Assembly: GCA_977862235.1 (NCBI GenBank)
Contig: OZ374557.1
Span: 2,294,001-2,358,000, forward strand
DNA from: Dudresnaya verticillata
Lineage: Eukaryota
DNA: 64,000 bases
Direction: 5' to 3'
The position numbers and the translations under genes were made by a program. Below are positions 38,879-50,104 of this stretch, in pieces. The notes under the pieces were generated by a model that did no database searches, was not told the DNA's origin, and saw nothing but the letters and a program-made list of their open reading frames with translations. Positions within the stretch are counted from its first letter, which is position 1. Every line of letters starts with the position of its first letter.

Positions 38879-39371
38879 CTAGGCGCTCATCACCACCACT
38901 CCCGGAACCTGAGACTTAAGTGATTCGGGGCGGCGCATTTGTGAGGGCGACATGTCTGACGCCTTTATCATATCAAGGGGTGGACTCTGGCGCATATCTC
39001 TACCCGGACAGCCACAGCTGGTGTCAAGTTCCGGATGCCTGCGCTCCAAGACATCAAGAACCAATGCGCAGGGTATACTCTATCGCCTCATAGGCGGCAA
39101 TAAGCGCACCTTCAACCGATTCACTATGCTCCGACGCGACTTCCGTGCCCGCAAACGCGAGACGGAGTTCTCTAAGTTCCTTCCTGAGCTCGGAGACATG
39201 CGTGTATGACTGAAACGGGTCAGGCTCTGCCTTTTGCGCCTGTGCAATAGGAGCCAAACGCTCTAACGTGAGATACGGTAGGCGACTAAAATCGAGCTTG
39301 AAGTTAACAAGTCTCTTGCGAGCCTCAAAACCGAAAAGCACTTCGAGCTGGTCGATGTCCTGATTCCGCAC
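38879..39371 (-). other. Degraded orphan ORF
   Basis: Overlapping ORFs 39054-39371 and 38879-39064 with helical composition, on the same strand as the upstream ORF cluster. Confidence 0.3.
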
Positions 39372-39619
39372 GGCTGAATCTCTAAGTCTGCGGAACTCGA
39401 GTGCATGCGCGAAACGCGAGCAGCGAAGCGAAGGACCTTCGGGGCGAGTTATTCACGGAAGAGGGCAAAGACGAATAGTTCGCAATGGCCGTGTCCCATT
39501 ACAAATATGTCCAATGGATTCCACTGCTGGTCTCCAGGCTTCCCGCAGTGGCAACCCTTGATGGTAAGTGCTAGGGCCGTTCTCATCTTTACTACAGCCC
39601 GATGGCAGTCTACTCAGTT

Positions 39620-39898
39620 CTAGACGGAATCGGAAGAAGGGTCTTCTACATTGCGATCTTGACGTCCTCTGACGACACGAACGGAACTATGCAGGTCTTG
39701 AATCCGGATCCTGACGTAGCGAAGTTTTCTCAACGTCCTTCTCCCGAAGTCATGCACAAGGTGTCTTACGAAATCAAATGCCCTTTGCACTTCGGTTTCT
39801 AGCTCCCGCACAGTGTTGCGAAGATGGTAGATTTCAGCACGTAGAAGTGCCAACTCTCGCTGCACTTCGGCCATTGTTGGATTGACAGGTAGCGGCAT
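39620..39898 (-). CDS. Small basic coiled-coil orphan protein (92 aa)
   Basis: Open from ATG to stop; heptads EVQRELALLRAEIYHLRNTV; similar to the neighbouring ORF. Confidence 0.5.
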   Translation of the reverse strand: MPLPVNPTMAEVQRELALLRAEIYHLRNTVRELETEVQRAFDFVRHLVHDFGRRTLRKLRYVRIRIQDLHSSVRVVRGRQDRNVEDPSSDSV

Positions 39899-39972
39899 TG
39901 TTTTTGTACGAAGTCTGAAAAAGTCACATGGAAGCTTGAAACTGATTCTCAATGTCGAAGTCCAGGTCGGGC

Positions 39973-40242
39973 TCATCTTCTTCGTTGCGTTGTATCTACC
40001 CTTTCGATTGACCGCAGCCTTCTTCTAGCACTTCGGGCAATATAAACGGCGTTTATCACTACTCTGGACAATCGGTCCATAACAGCGGCAACCACCGCCC
40101 TCATTCGTTGTCGAGCTCTTTCCACTGCCGTCCTTAATCCTTCCACCTCGCCTCGAAGAGCACGCAATTCGGACAGTAGGCGAGCAGGGTCGACATCCGA
40201 ACTTCCGCTGCCTTGGTCGCGAGGAGCGTGCATGGATGCCAT
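39973..40242 (-). CDS. Small basic coiled-coil orphan protein (89 aa)
   Basis: Open from ATG to stop; RLLSELRALRGEVEGLRTAV. Confidence 0.5.
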   Translation of the reverse strand: MASMHAPRDQGSGSSDVDPARLLSELRALRGEVEGLRTAVERARQRMRAVVAAVMDRLSRVVINAVYIARSARRRLRSIERVDTTQRRR

Positions 40243-40338
40243 AGTTCCTTCCAGCTGGAAATGTGCAGTGGACCGTCCGCCGCCCTCGACTGGCAGACTG
40301 TACATCCGGTACAGCCCAAAAATAGATGGAGCAGACTT

Positions 40339-43268
40339 TCATGGCTCTCTATCACAACCCTCCATCATGTGAAGATCCCATACGAAGAATGCGTTTAAGT
40401 CTCGCAGCAGTGCTGGCGGTTCCTCCGGACCCGTAAAAGTGTACTTGTACGGCCTCTCCGCGAACGCATCGCGAACTTTGAAGGAAAATACAGCCACGAG
40501 ATTGTCTCCCTCCTTGCCGAGCTCCCGCAACCCTTGCTGGTGTATTTCTGTCTTCAGTCCGTGGGCGTCGTTACCCGGTTGCAGTACTGCCTTCCCAACC
40601 TTATCTGGACCACACAGCAGCCAAACTGCGTCACCACCTTTGCGTTGCGGTCGATCGCATGACAGCGGTTTCTCCCTAGGTTTTCCTGTACGTTTCCCAG
40701 ACTGTTGCTTACCTGGGGACATCATTAGAGTCTGTGATTCCCTTTCAGACTGATCAGTGCGTACCCTCTTCGTGTCCGGCTGTTTGTCCATCTGTTTTGC
40801 CGAGCGCTTCTGTGCTTGGACCCCTGAATCTTGATACGACCCGTTCTGCTTCTCCTCTGCCATGCGGTGCAGGCGTGCACGAGCCAGTCTGTATGTTTCC
40901 GGGTTTCTTTCGACGAGGTAACACTCTCTGTCTGTCCGAACGCAGGCAATGCCTGTAGTCATTGTACCCGCATGAGATTCTAGGGCCGAGCCGCCTTCAG
41001 GGCAGAAGGGTGTGATGATCTCACTAAGTGCATCAGGATTTTTCTCCTCCGTCAGAACTGGTGCCCTGCTAGTCCCTGGCTTCATGAGCTTATCTCTGGG
41101 TACGGGAACAGAGGTCATCACAGCAAAAGTTCGTCGCTCCTTACACGAGATGACGTGGTACGGGCTGGAGAGGTCTGGAGAGAAAGAGTTCTTGGATGTA
41201 CCCTTGTGTCTTCCGAAGGCTGCTGCCTCAGCCGCATTCTCCAGTCCCTTCTTGCGACTTATCGGGACAGTAGTTGTGTCTTTGCAGATTAAGAAAGGGT
41301 ACTGCGGACTATCGAAATTGTTGTCGGTAAGTGCCTTTTGAAACAACGGGAATTTCAAGAAGCTGCAGAACAGAAACACCCAACCACCCTCCTTCACAAA
41401 ACGTCCACAAAACTCGCAAAGGCGCTTGATGTCTTCTTCACTGAAATGGTTTGCGTATGCAGTTCCAGCATTTGACATTCCCTTCGGGGTTCCATACGGA
41501 GGGTCAGCAAGCACGACGTCAAATAGAGGACTGCATTCATTCCTGATTGATTGGTCATATTCCTCCCACTTCATCTGATATGTTCGTATCCTGCATTTGG
41601 AAAGCGGGTCCTTCTCCTCCAGATCAGAACCGGTATCCAGTCTCTCCGAATTGCGTGTTGAAGAAACAGAACGACTACCCGGTCCAATACACTCGTTCGG
41701 GATGTCATTGTTACCAGCTAATGCGCCTGTGTCGTTGTCGTCTGTAGGATCCAGGACCGATTGCGTAATCTGCCTCTGCGTGTCAGTTACAGTCTCCTTA
41801 ACGGCTTCCGACTGCTTTTGGCCACCAAGGGCCCCCTTCGAGTCTTTTTCTTTCCCCCCTTGAGTTTTTCCATCAACTTCAGAACTCGTCTTATCAATCT
41901 CGGAAGCTGAAACTATTGGCCTGTCACTTTCTCCTATGTCTAGAGATGTATCTTTCCCAGAATCCGTTTCTGCTTGGAACTGGTGCTTGAATTTCTTTTC
42001 CTTAACTGGAGCTTGTTGCGGGCATTCCCTTCGATAAACGGCTATCAAGAGCTTGAGCACATCGTGGTCATTTCCGAAGTTTGCACGCACCTCGTGGTCC
42101 AGCTTCGTGGAACGAAGGAGATTCTGGCGAATGACGTTCATACCTTCAGGCCAACTCTGGCTCTCGATAAGGCGTTAGAATTTCCGTGCTTCCCTCATTG
42201 CTGCCTTCGCCCTTCCAAATTGTTCCAGAGTCTGAAAGCTGGTGACTGACCGGAACCTCTGAAGTCGATGTACTTCGCGTAGTCGGTACAAAGATGAAAT
42301 CTGTATTTCTACGCCATCATCCAGTTTGTTCCCATTCATGAAGGCGATTGCAGACTTCTGTGATGAAATGTGGGTGAACTTTCTGTGACTCGGCAGTCAA
42401 CCGTCCTCGTTGCTCCGTCCTTGTCGAGTGTTGTCCCTTCCTTGTCTCCTGTCATCTTTGCAGCTATATCCGGTCTCTCCTCATTTGGAATTTGTCCAAT
42501 TGCGTGAATTACTCTCGTATCCAACCGCATAACTGTCTGAGCAGTCTGTTTAATGGTGTTATTCCGATATAACTTCGAACCGTCATACGCCTCCGCAATT
42601 TTTGGGGCATTTGGTTGTTTCCCAGTCTTGGTCTGCAACCTCTCCGCCTCCTCCCGCAGACCGCGGACCAGGTCAAAAAATGTAGTCTCGATAAAGTATC
42701 CCTGGTCGTGTTTCTCATTCTGATGTCTTGCCAGCTGCCGGAGCTCATAGACGTTGTGCCCACCCTTCAAAATCGTTACAGGCCATGCGAAAGACTGCCA
42801 GACTGTTGGGAACTCCTCCATTAACTCCAAAATAACGCAATGTCTACGCAAGCCGTCAATAATGCCGTACCATTTGGAGCGATTGTTTGCCTTCTCCAAA
42901 GCCTCCTCCTCCGTGTACTCCTTCCCTTGCCCTTTCATATTCTTGAAATACGCAACGACGTGACCCCGCAGAGACCCTGTCATTTCGATGACAATTGGAG
43001 AGTCAGACCCGGCAACGTACCCAATAGTCCCTTCACCGCCTTTCTTCTCTGATGAGTGTAGATGAATGCGAGCTTTGAGGCGTTCCACTCCGGAGCGCGC
43101 CACGGGTCTTATTGCCGTTAGCGGGAAGCACTCCCTGGGGTCAATTCTCATATTCACGGAACCCTCCATTACGTCAGAAAACAATGCCCTCCCCATACTT
43201 GCAGAAGAGCAATTTTGGTCCGCTTCAGATTGTGTAACAGCACCCTTTCCTGAACGTTTCTTGCCCAT
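40339..43268 (-). pseudogene. ParB/Srx-like domain + beta-class amino-DNA methyltransferase (DPPY) fusion, ~975 aa reconstructed
   Basis: IRPV..SGVERL...PIV...YGIIDGLRR (ParB-like), and FDVVLADPPYG upstream of EKNP and ESHAGTMTT (motif IV before motif I). The two ORFs join through a 1-nt frameshift near 42387 and one TAA at 42175-42177. Confidence 0.8.
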
Positions 43269-44693
43269 CCAGCCAAAAGTATAATTCAGCACTTTTGAAA
43301 AAACGGTCGCCGTACGTCTTTCCAACTGGTTGCCGTAGGTGTTTCCAACTGGTTGCGTTATGCTGATGAGCACGGGATAAGCGTTGCGGTTTTCACGAAG
43401 AGCACTTCGGGTTTACAACAATATGTCCGTAGTCAGGTCAGTGGTCACGGCATTGAAAGACAGGATATATCATGCCGGTTTCCAGCTTTAACCTGGAAAC
43501 GAAGTTTGTCCACATGACTAACAGCCTCACGTACGGTTTTAACTTTTCCGGAAAGATAGTTAGAGCCCTGTACCATTGGTGGTGCCCTGATACATTGCGC
43601 GAGATTTCATGAAGCTACAAGTCACTGCAGGGTTCTATTGGTCGTCGGTAAATATATCGACGTATTGTGCGGTAGGGGTGTTCACCCTAAGTTCGTACTT
43701 TCTCAGAAACCATTTGGAAGTCAGTTCTAGCCGTCCAACCGTACAGTGATTCCGATTCACAGCTCCCCTACCAGAGTATCTAAACAATGCTCAAGGCGGG
43801 TAAGAAATGGGCATACGAAATAGTTCCACAACGTGGAGGGGAAATTGGAAGTACGTGTGCCTGCGTAGGCACACTCCCTTGGACTGGGGGTGATGTAGAC
43901 GATTCGCAAACGTACAGTCATTCCAATTGTACCAACATGAACGTGTTCCTCAGAAACGATAGGAATAACCTAGGGTTTTCGAATTGGCAAGAGGTTACTG
44001 TCCGCCTTCACAGAGTCGTTTAACATTGGCATTTCCTGAAACCTGCGCCTCCACCCTGCAGATATGGTCATCATAAGACCACTGTAGCACCGAAACAAAC
44101 TGATGATCACAATCTGCCATCGGATGCCACGACAAACGTAAGTATGCGTGTTACCCAATGATACAAGTAATATCAAGGTCAGGGAAATGATTAATACCAT
44201 ACGTGAGACCATAATACAGCATGTACCAGTGTGTCCGAGTGATCCCTGTAAATACGTTCCAGAATTGTGCACAGGTGAACATGTCCTCGTTCTAGCGATA
44301 CAGAAAAGCCCTATTCTGCGGAGGTTCAGACAGTCTGATCTGCGGTTCCACCTAATATCTGAGCGGTGTATGTGAACTATCCAGCAAGTTGAGGCTGCAT
44401 TTTTGCAGGGTCCTCATACTGCTGCCGGTATAAGTGCTTCGGTACAGTAAGGTCATTCTGATTACCGGAATTTGAACGTGTCCAATCGAAGATATATCCC
44501 TATTAGTATACAGAGAATGCCTAAGCCTCGTACACAGCAAAAACCATTAGCTACAAGTGTTACTTTCCGTTTAAAAGCGCGCAATCGTTGCATTTCACAG
44601 ACCTCCTCTACGGTACTGAGGAACAGAAATACGGCTGTACACACAGGGAAGAGGATTTCTTGGCGAAGTGTAGTCATTCCTATTACTATCGAC

Positions 44694-45227
44694 ATGCTCA
44701 TTGACCTCCCGGTGTTGCCGGACGACATACAGTCAGGTTTCTGCGCATTTCATGACCTCATGCGCTGTGAATTGAGGCGTCGATTGGCAGAGCAGCAGCG
44801 CCGCCTTAATGGTGACTCTTTGCAATTTTCGGAACGCATAATGCGATCCTTGGAGGTGAAGGATAAAGAAAGAGTCATGGAACAGAAGCGTGCTCGGGAG
44901 TTTGAGGTCGTTATGGGTCAATACGATCATGACCAGAACATGCTCACAGTGGTATACCGTGGGGGTATGAGGAAGCTTGATTACGTATCGGGGGATGCTT
45001 TCTCCGGATCCGAAGCTCATGAAATCGATGCCGTCTTGGTCGAGGCGATTCGCCTGGCAAGCGAGCCAGTACGGGAGATGGAGCGAATGTGCCGCCTTCT
45101 CCTGGCTTGGCATTTTGCCAAAACTGACGCAGAAGGGACTGTGGAGGTAAAGGAGGCAAGGGTGGCCCGTGCGGAGCAGGACGTGCGCGTCATGTATAAG
45201 AAAGCTTCTTCATGCAAGTCTGTTTAA
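44694..45227 (+). CDS. Hypothetical protein (177 aa)
   Basis: Open from ATG to stop with protein-like composition; no motif recognised. Confidence 0.45.
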   Translation: MLIDLPVLPDDIQSGFCAFHDLMRCELRRRLAEQQRRLNGDSLQFSERIMRSLEVKDKERVMEQKRAREFEVVMGQYDHDQNMLTVVYRGGMRKLDYVSGDAFSGSEAHEIDAVLVEAIRLASEPVREMERMCRLLLAWHFAKTDAEGTVEVKEARVARAEQDVRVMYKKASSCKSV

Positions 45228-45306
45228 TATCGACCAAGGATGAAGTCGACCAATCAATCTGATTGCGTAGCAAGGAGTAGTACTTGGAGACGCGCGTCGG
45301 TCTTGA

Positions 45307-45810
45307 CTACGTGTGCTTACGGCCGTACCTTTCGTCGTCGGTAATGTTAGAAACGAAAAGATGTCGACGGTTGTATTCTTGACGAGCGACGTAATACGAA
45401 TTACGCTCCTGGCGGCTTTTGAATTTGCCATGTCCCCGCGAGAGTACTTCCAGCACAATAGCTGTGTCGGGATTTGACATCAGCTTCTTTTCCTCTCTCT
45501 GCTGAATATAAACTAGGAAGGTCTTGAAACCTCCAACTCGTTCCGTTTGTCCGTAGTTCTTTGCATTTGCCTGTCCATGAACGCGTTCCATAAATGTAGG
45601 AAAAACAGACCGGTCGAATAGTCTGATTCCCAATGCCTCAAGGCCGGTGAACCGCTTGCCTTCGGAGATTCAGTTGTCAATTAATGCGAGTAAGTTGGAC
45701 TCACCAATGCGGCGGACCATATCTTTGTCAGTTTCCTCTGGTCTGCGCAGGGCATTGAAATCCAGACACGACAGATCCTGGCTCTTCCCAAGCAGTTCAT
45801 CACTGACTTC
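45307..45810 (-). pseudogene. 5'-truncated hypothetical gene
   Basis: The frame of ORF 45307-45633 extends, with one stop, up to the E4 junction at ~45810. Confidence 0.4.
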
Positions 45811-46381
45811 TGTGGTGTTGCGGCGGTACCCATCTTCGGAATTTCGGCTTGACCAACAAGGGATACCGGGGGGTAATGGTGAAAAGCAAATTTCCTTAAC
45901 GGGGGAAGGATTGCCTTCACATAGCGGTCGATGAAGGTAGTCCCCAAAATAAACGGAGCAGCTAAGTTCGCGACCACGAGAAAGTGGACGCGAGCACGGA
46001 GCTCTCCGATACGGACGAAAAGTTGGATCTGACCAAGGGAGCGGATAGCGCGATTAGATGCATCCCGCAGTGGAGGACTGGTGGCGGGCGAATGATGGGT
46101 AGCCATTGACGGGGAAGTCGCCTGGCACTAGTGAGATTTGGCCCCGCGCCAGAGTCCAATAGGGAGGTTATAGGAAGCATCACACTATCTGTCCGTCCCA
46201 CGGTAATTTGAATCTTATAATTTTGTTTTTGCATAACACATATAGGATCGCTGGTCTGAAAAGCCAATGGGAGTTCCGTAACGGTATCTCGCCGATGCCC
46301 GGGCGAGTCAACAGTCACGAGAGGTGGAACGTCGTGAGGCGGGGATGGCGGCGCCCTTACGCGTCCCCCCTTGCGTTTTCC
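45811..46381 (-). pseudogene. pol: E4 aspartic protease (start of pol)
   Basis: ORFs 45962-46318 (LLDSGAGP) and 45681-46106 (FILGTTF). Confidence 0.9.
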
Positions 46382-48834
46382 GAAATCAAGGGTGCACCAG
46401 TCGGACCCGCCTCCATGGGCTCGTACAATTCCGCGTATTACACTCCGTCATGGTCCTCCACCGATAATATCGGGGCATTCCGTTGCGGAGGGGGCGTTTG
46501 CGGCTTGCCCCGATTCCCTTGCGGATTCGAACTGGTTCCCACGACAATCCTGCCGTCTACAGGGTAGTGCTGCTGGGAGTTGCCCTCGCGCTCTTCCATC
46601 AGCTTAATCCGATCGGCGTCGTTTATACACGGGCAAACGACATGTTCTGCGGAAAGACAGATGCGACAATTGCCACTTCCATAAAGGCATCGGACCCGAG
46701 GATCCGACTCATCCCGTAGCGGAGGTGCTGATTGCTGCTGTCCTCGCCCATCGTGGGAATTATTTCCGTAACGGTGATTCGGCTGCTGTTGGGGGCCAGG
46801 AGCCGGGCGAGGACCACCATATGGGGACGTTACGCGCGTGGCATCCTGGGCGGCGTAGGGTGAACACTTTGCGGGGGTGAAGAGTACGGGGTTGAAAAGG
46901 TAACCTCCGTACTTGTTCCCGTATCGGCATCGTGGCCTCCCTCGACTGCTAGCACTTTATCATCCGTAGCGGAAAGATGTCGTTGCGGCTCGTAGCGTAC
47001 ATCCGATACGGAATCCAGCGATAACACCTTAGACGGGCGCGCTTTATTGCGCCCATCAAAGACGTGAGCCGGAACAGTTTGGCGTCGAACTGCCCGATGG
47101 GACTGACTGAGGCCAGTCGCGTAGCGAGTGATGGCCTGGTAATCCAGCTGGGAATGCGTTGCAAGATAATTTCGCATCTGTTGACGCATCCCAGGTAGGA
47201 GCGCCTCGACGAACAGTGACTTCAATGCCCGATCGGAAAATACAGTACCGCAGCGGAGAGCCTTTGCCCAGAGTTGGTTACAGAAGTGCTTTTCCGTCAT
47301 GGCGGATGTTTGCCTGAAATTGCTGACATCCGTATAGGCTTCAGCGATCACTTCATCCGTATCGTAAGTTGTCAGTAGGAAATTCACCACCTCGGAGTAG
47401 GAGCGGAGCATCTCAGCCTGCTCCACATCAACCGCCATGGTACCTCCAGCAAGGCTAGCCTGTAGAAGGGCTTCGGCCTGTCCTTTTAGGAAAAACTGGA
47501 AGCACCAGATGGCAACCCCTTCGGGGATGTCATTGATATTGCAACCGTCACGGAACTTGGCGAGAAATCCGAAGACGGTAATAGGGTCCGTCCCATCGAA
47601 TGTATGGGACGACATCTGAACGTCGGGTTTCTTCCGTATACGGCTCGTGTTCTGTGAGAACTTAGAGCCGTATGTCTTACTCCTCTTATCCAATCGGTAG
47701 GTGCGGTAGTCCAGCGCCTTGACAAACGTGTCATGTAGCGGCCGGATTACCTCTACCTTTCCGGATTTGGTACCGTGTTTTCTGGCCGGGTGCCTATTCT
47801 CTCTATCCATTACGGAGGAACGCTCTGAGTCTGAATCCTTAGAGGAAGAGTATTTATGCCTTTTTTCGCGTTTCCGCGATCTTCTGTTTCTCCTTTTCCG
47901 CGAGCGGTGTTGGCCATCTTCTGAGCTTGTCTCATTAGATTCCATACCGGATTTGTGGCGTCCTCGCTGGGTGTGGGCGCCCATGTGTGACCGACGGAGC
48001 GGGTCAGAGCGGGAGTGTCGGGCATCTCGATTACGCCGACCTCGACCGGTCCTCCGACTCGGATGGGGTGAGCTGGACGCATCGCTGAGATGTTCGCTGC
48101 CTCCACCTGATCGAACCGGAACGGTATAGCGCTCTTGCTGATAGCGCCCTGGCGTAGGCATATCTACTGGCAAGGAGAAACTGTAACGGTGGCTAAGTGT
48201 GTTTTGGTCCCATAAGGGCGTATTGATGTTGAGAATCCGTTACGGGAGCCGGTGGCAGTGTCCCAGAGGGTACTGTACCCGGCTGTAATCCCATAACGGG
48301 GGGTTGTTGCGGATGCTGCGTTCTTCCCTCGACCGGGAAGTAATTCCGTAACGGTGGTTGCTCAGTAAAAGCTTCCGTAGCGGGAGGCCTTGCCATGCCG
48401 GGAGCAATCTGGCTCTCGACCTCGTCGGCCACCTTTTCCTGTAGGATCAAAGCTTGCACTATCCGAGGAACGTGCTGCTCGAGAAAGGATTTAACCAAAG
48501 ACGGAACAGTTTCCGAGAGGGATATCTCCACCTCTTTCACCATTCCAGGTTGTACTTCCAATCGGGGATGCTCTAACACCCTAGGAAGGACTTCCGACAG
48601 GACCCAGTGGACCCGATGGGATTCCGGCTTGGGTTGCGGAGCTGCCTTCTTCGAGGCGTCTGATCCGACACGGGAACGGGGAGATTTACCAGCAGCACCC
48701 TTTAGGATGTCTTCTGGGTTCTCCACTCCGGCACAAATTTCACCTCCTTCACTGCGCAGACTGCGCGCCGCGGGGGTAGTGTCACCCGCTTTTGGTTCCG
48801 TAACGGGAGGGTCCTTGTGTTCTTCGGTTTGCAT
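46357..48834 (-). pseudogene. gag: E4 gag with zinc knuckle
   Basis: ORFs 48193-48834 and 46830-48173, plus a shifted C-terminus with CRICLSAEHVVC. TAA at 46357-46359. Confidence 0.85.
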
Positions 48835-48986
48835 GATACCTTAACGGATCACAGCGGTTTTTCTTGCTTGTATATCCAATATTCCGTAACGGGTTGTCGG
48901 TACAGCCGGATTCCTACCGTGGCAGATTTCGACGGCTGTTAAGAGCCGTCACGGTTGGAAGAAATGTCTTCCAACCGTGACAGTGT

Positions 48987-49003
48987 TCTAGGTCGGGAGA
49001 CGA
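48987..49003 (-). promoter_or_regulatory. E4 primer binding site
   Basis: TCGTCTCCCGACCTAGA, one mismatch from the E1 PBS, 5 nt from the LTR end. Confidence 0.75.
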
Positions 49004-49363
49004 AAAGATGTGGTGGAATGAAAACCCACGAACTCCTTAACGGACAGCTGGCCTGACTTTCCTACAAGGGACGAGAGCGACACTACCTCCATGCGATGGT
49101 AGAGCAGTTCGCACCGAGACGGGAGAACAGCGAGCGGCTAACCGAAACGGATATTGGGAAGCAACAGACCAAGGGGGGTACAAGTGCCGAGACGGACTTC
49201 GTAACGGTGGTGATGGTAGACCGGAACGGGCTCGGCGCGGAGAAAACCGTAAAGGAAAGAGCTACAGTGCGATTGAGGCTCAAGGGTTGCTTGGCCGTTT
49301 ACCCTAGGATCCGCTGCGGTGCCACCCTGATATACAATTCAGGATGGCACCGATCGGTCCGGT

Positions 49364-50039
49364 TGTGGTGTAGTGAAAGGCACGCCTGTAAGGAGAGCTG
49401 ATCAGGCAATCCCAATAAGGAGTGATCTCACACGGCACCGGGGTGGTAGAGCTTAGTTCGTAGACCGAAGGGAGTACCTCGAGCGGCAAAACCTGTAAGG
49501 AGTAAAGGGACGCAACAGGCAAGGGTGACGGTACAGTGCCAGGACAGCTACACCGGGACGGGGGTAAGAGGAATCCGTGCACGGGACTGGCGAGGGAAAA
49601 CTGTGAAGGAGTATGAGGGTAAGGCTTAGGGTAAGTCACTTTGCCCAGGGTTGCGTACCCGTTTACTGTAGGACTCGCGGTGGCCACCCATTAATATACT
49701 GGGAGATACGCCCCGCGGTCCGGTCCGTGTGTGGGCCAGACCCCAATGGATCTGGTCCACCAGGTGGGTCCGGCCCTACTGGTCGCGGTCACCGTTGCGG
49801 ACATGCTCGGCATTCTCACTGGCCGGCTGATACAGCATTATTAAAATTACCTAATTACAAATAAAGCAACTACTTGGCTCCTATTGGTGGTGTGCACAGA
49901 CTCCAGCAGGGCATACAGTGCTACTGTGTCGCTGGACTCCCGCCTCGGCTTTTGGCTCGCGCTTAGCAGAGCGCGGGTTATCGACGGTCGCGCGTCGGCC
50001 CGCCCGCCATCCGCACTCCGAAACGGCCACTTCACCACA
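49364..50039 (-). repeat. E5 3' LTR (676 bp)
   Basis: Terminal motifs present; adjacent PPT TTTAAGGAGGGGGTC on the minus strand. Confidence 0.88.
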
Positions 50040-50104
50040 GACCCCCTCCTTAAATCGCGGCACGTCCTCGTGCGCCACAGCATGTCTTCTACAAATCCAC
50101 TCAG

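Larger units (their letters stand above)
45811..49363 (-). mobile_element. Element E4: 5' half of a Ty3/Gypsy element (part of 5' LTR, PBS, gag, protease)
   Basis: LTR part 49009-49363, PBS 48987-49003, gag, and LLDSGAGP...ILGTTF protease. Truncated just after the protease. Confidence 0.9.

Noticed and set aside
40339..43268. Bacterial contamination or a restriction-modification operon
   Set aside because: The gene is embedded among eukaryotic pseudogenes and LTR elements, and no nuclease partner was recognised.
45811..45817. TGTGGTG at the E4 breakpoint as a cryptic integrase end
   Set aside because: It matches the LTR terminus but is only 7 bp, fits the pol codons, and the exact breakpoint and TSD cannot be fixed.
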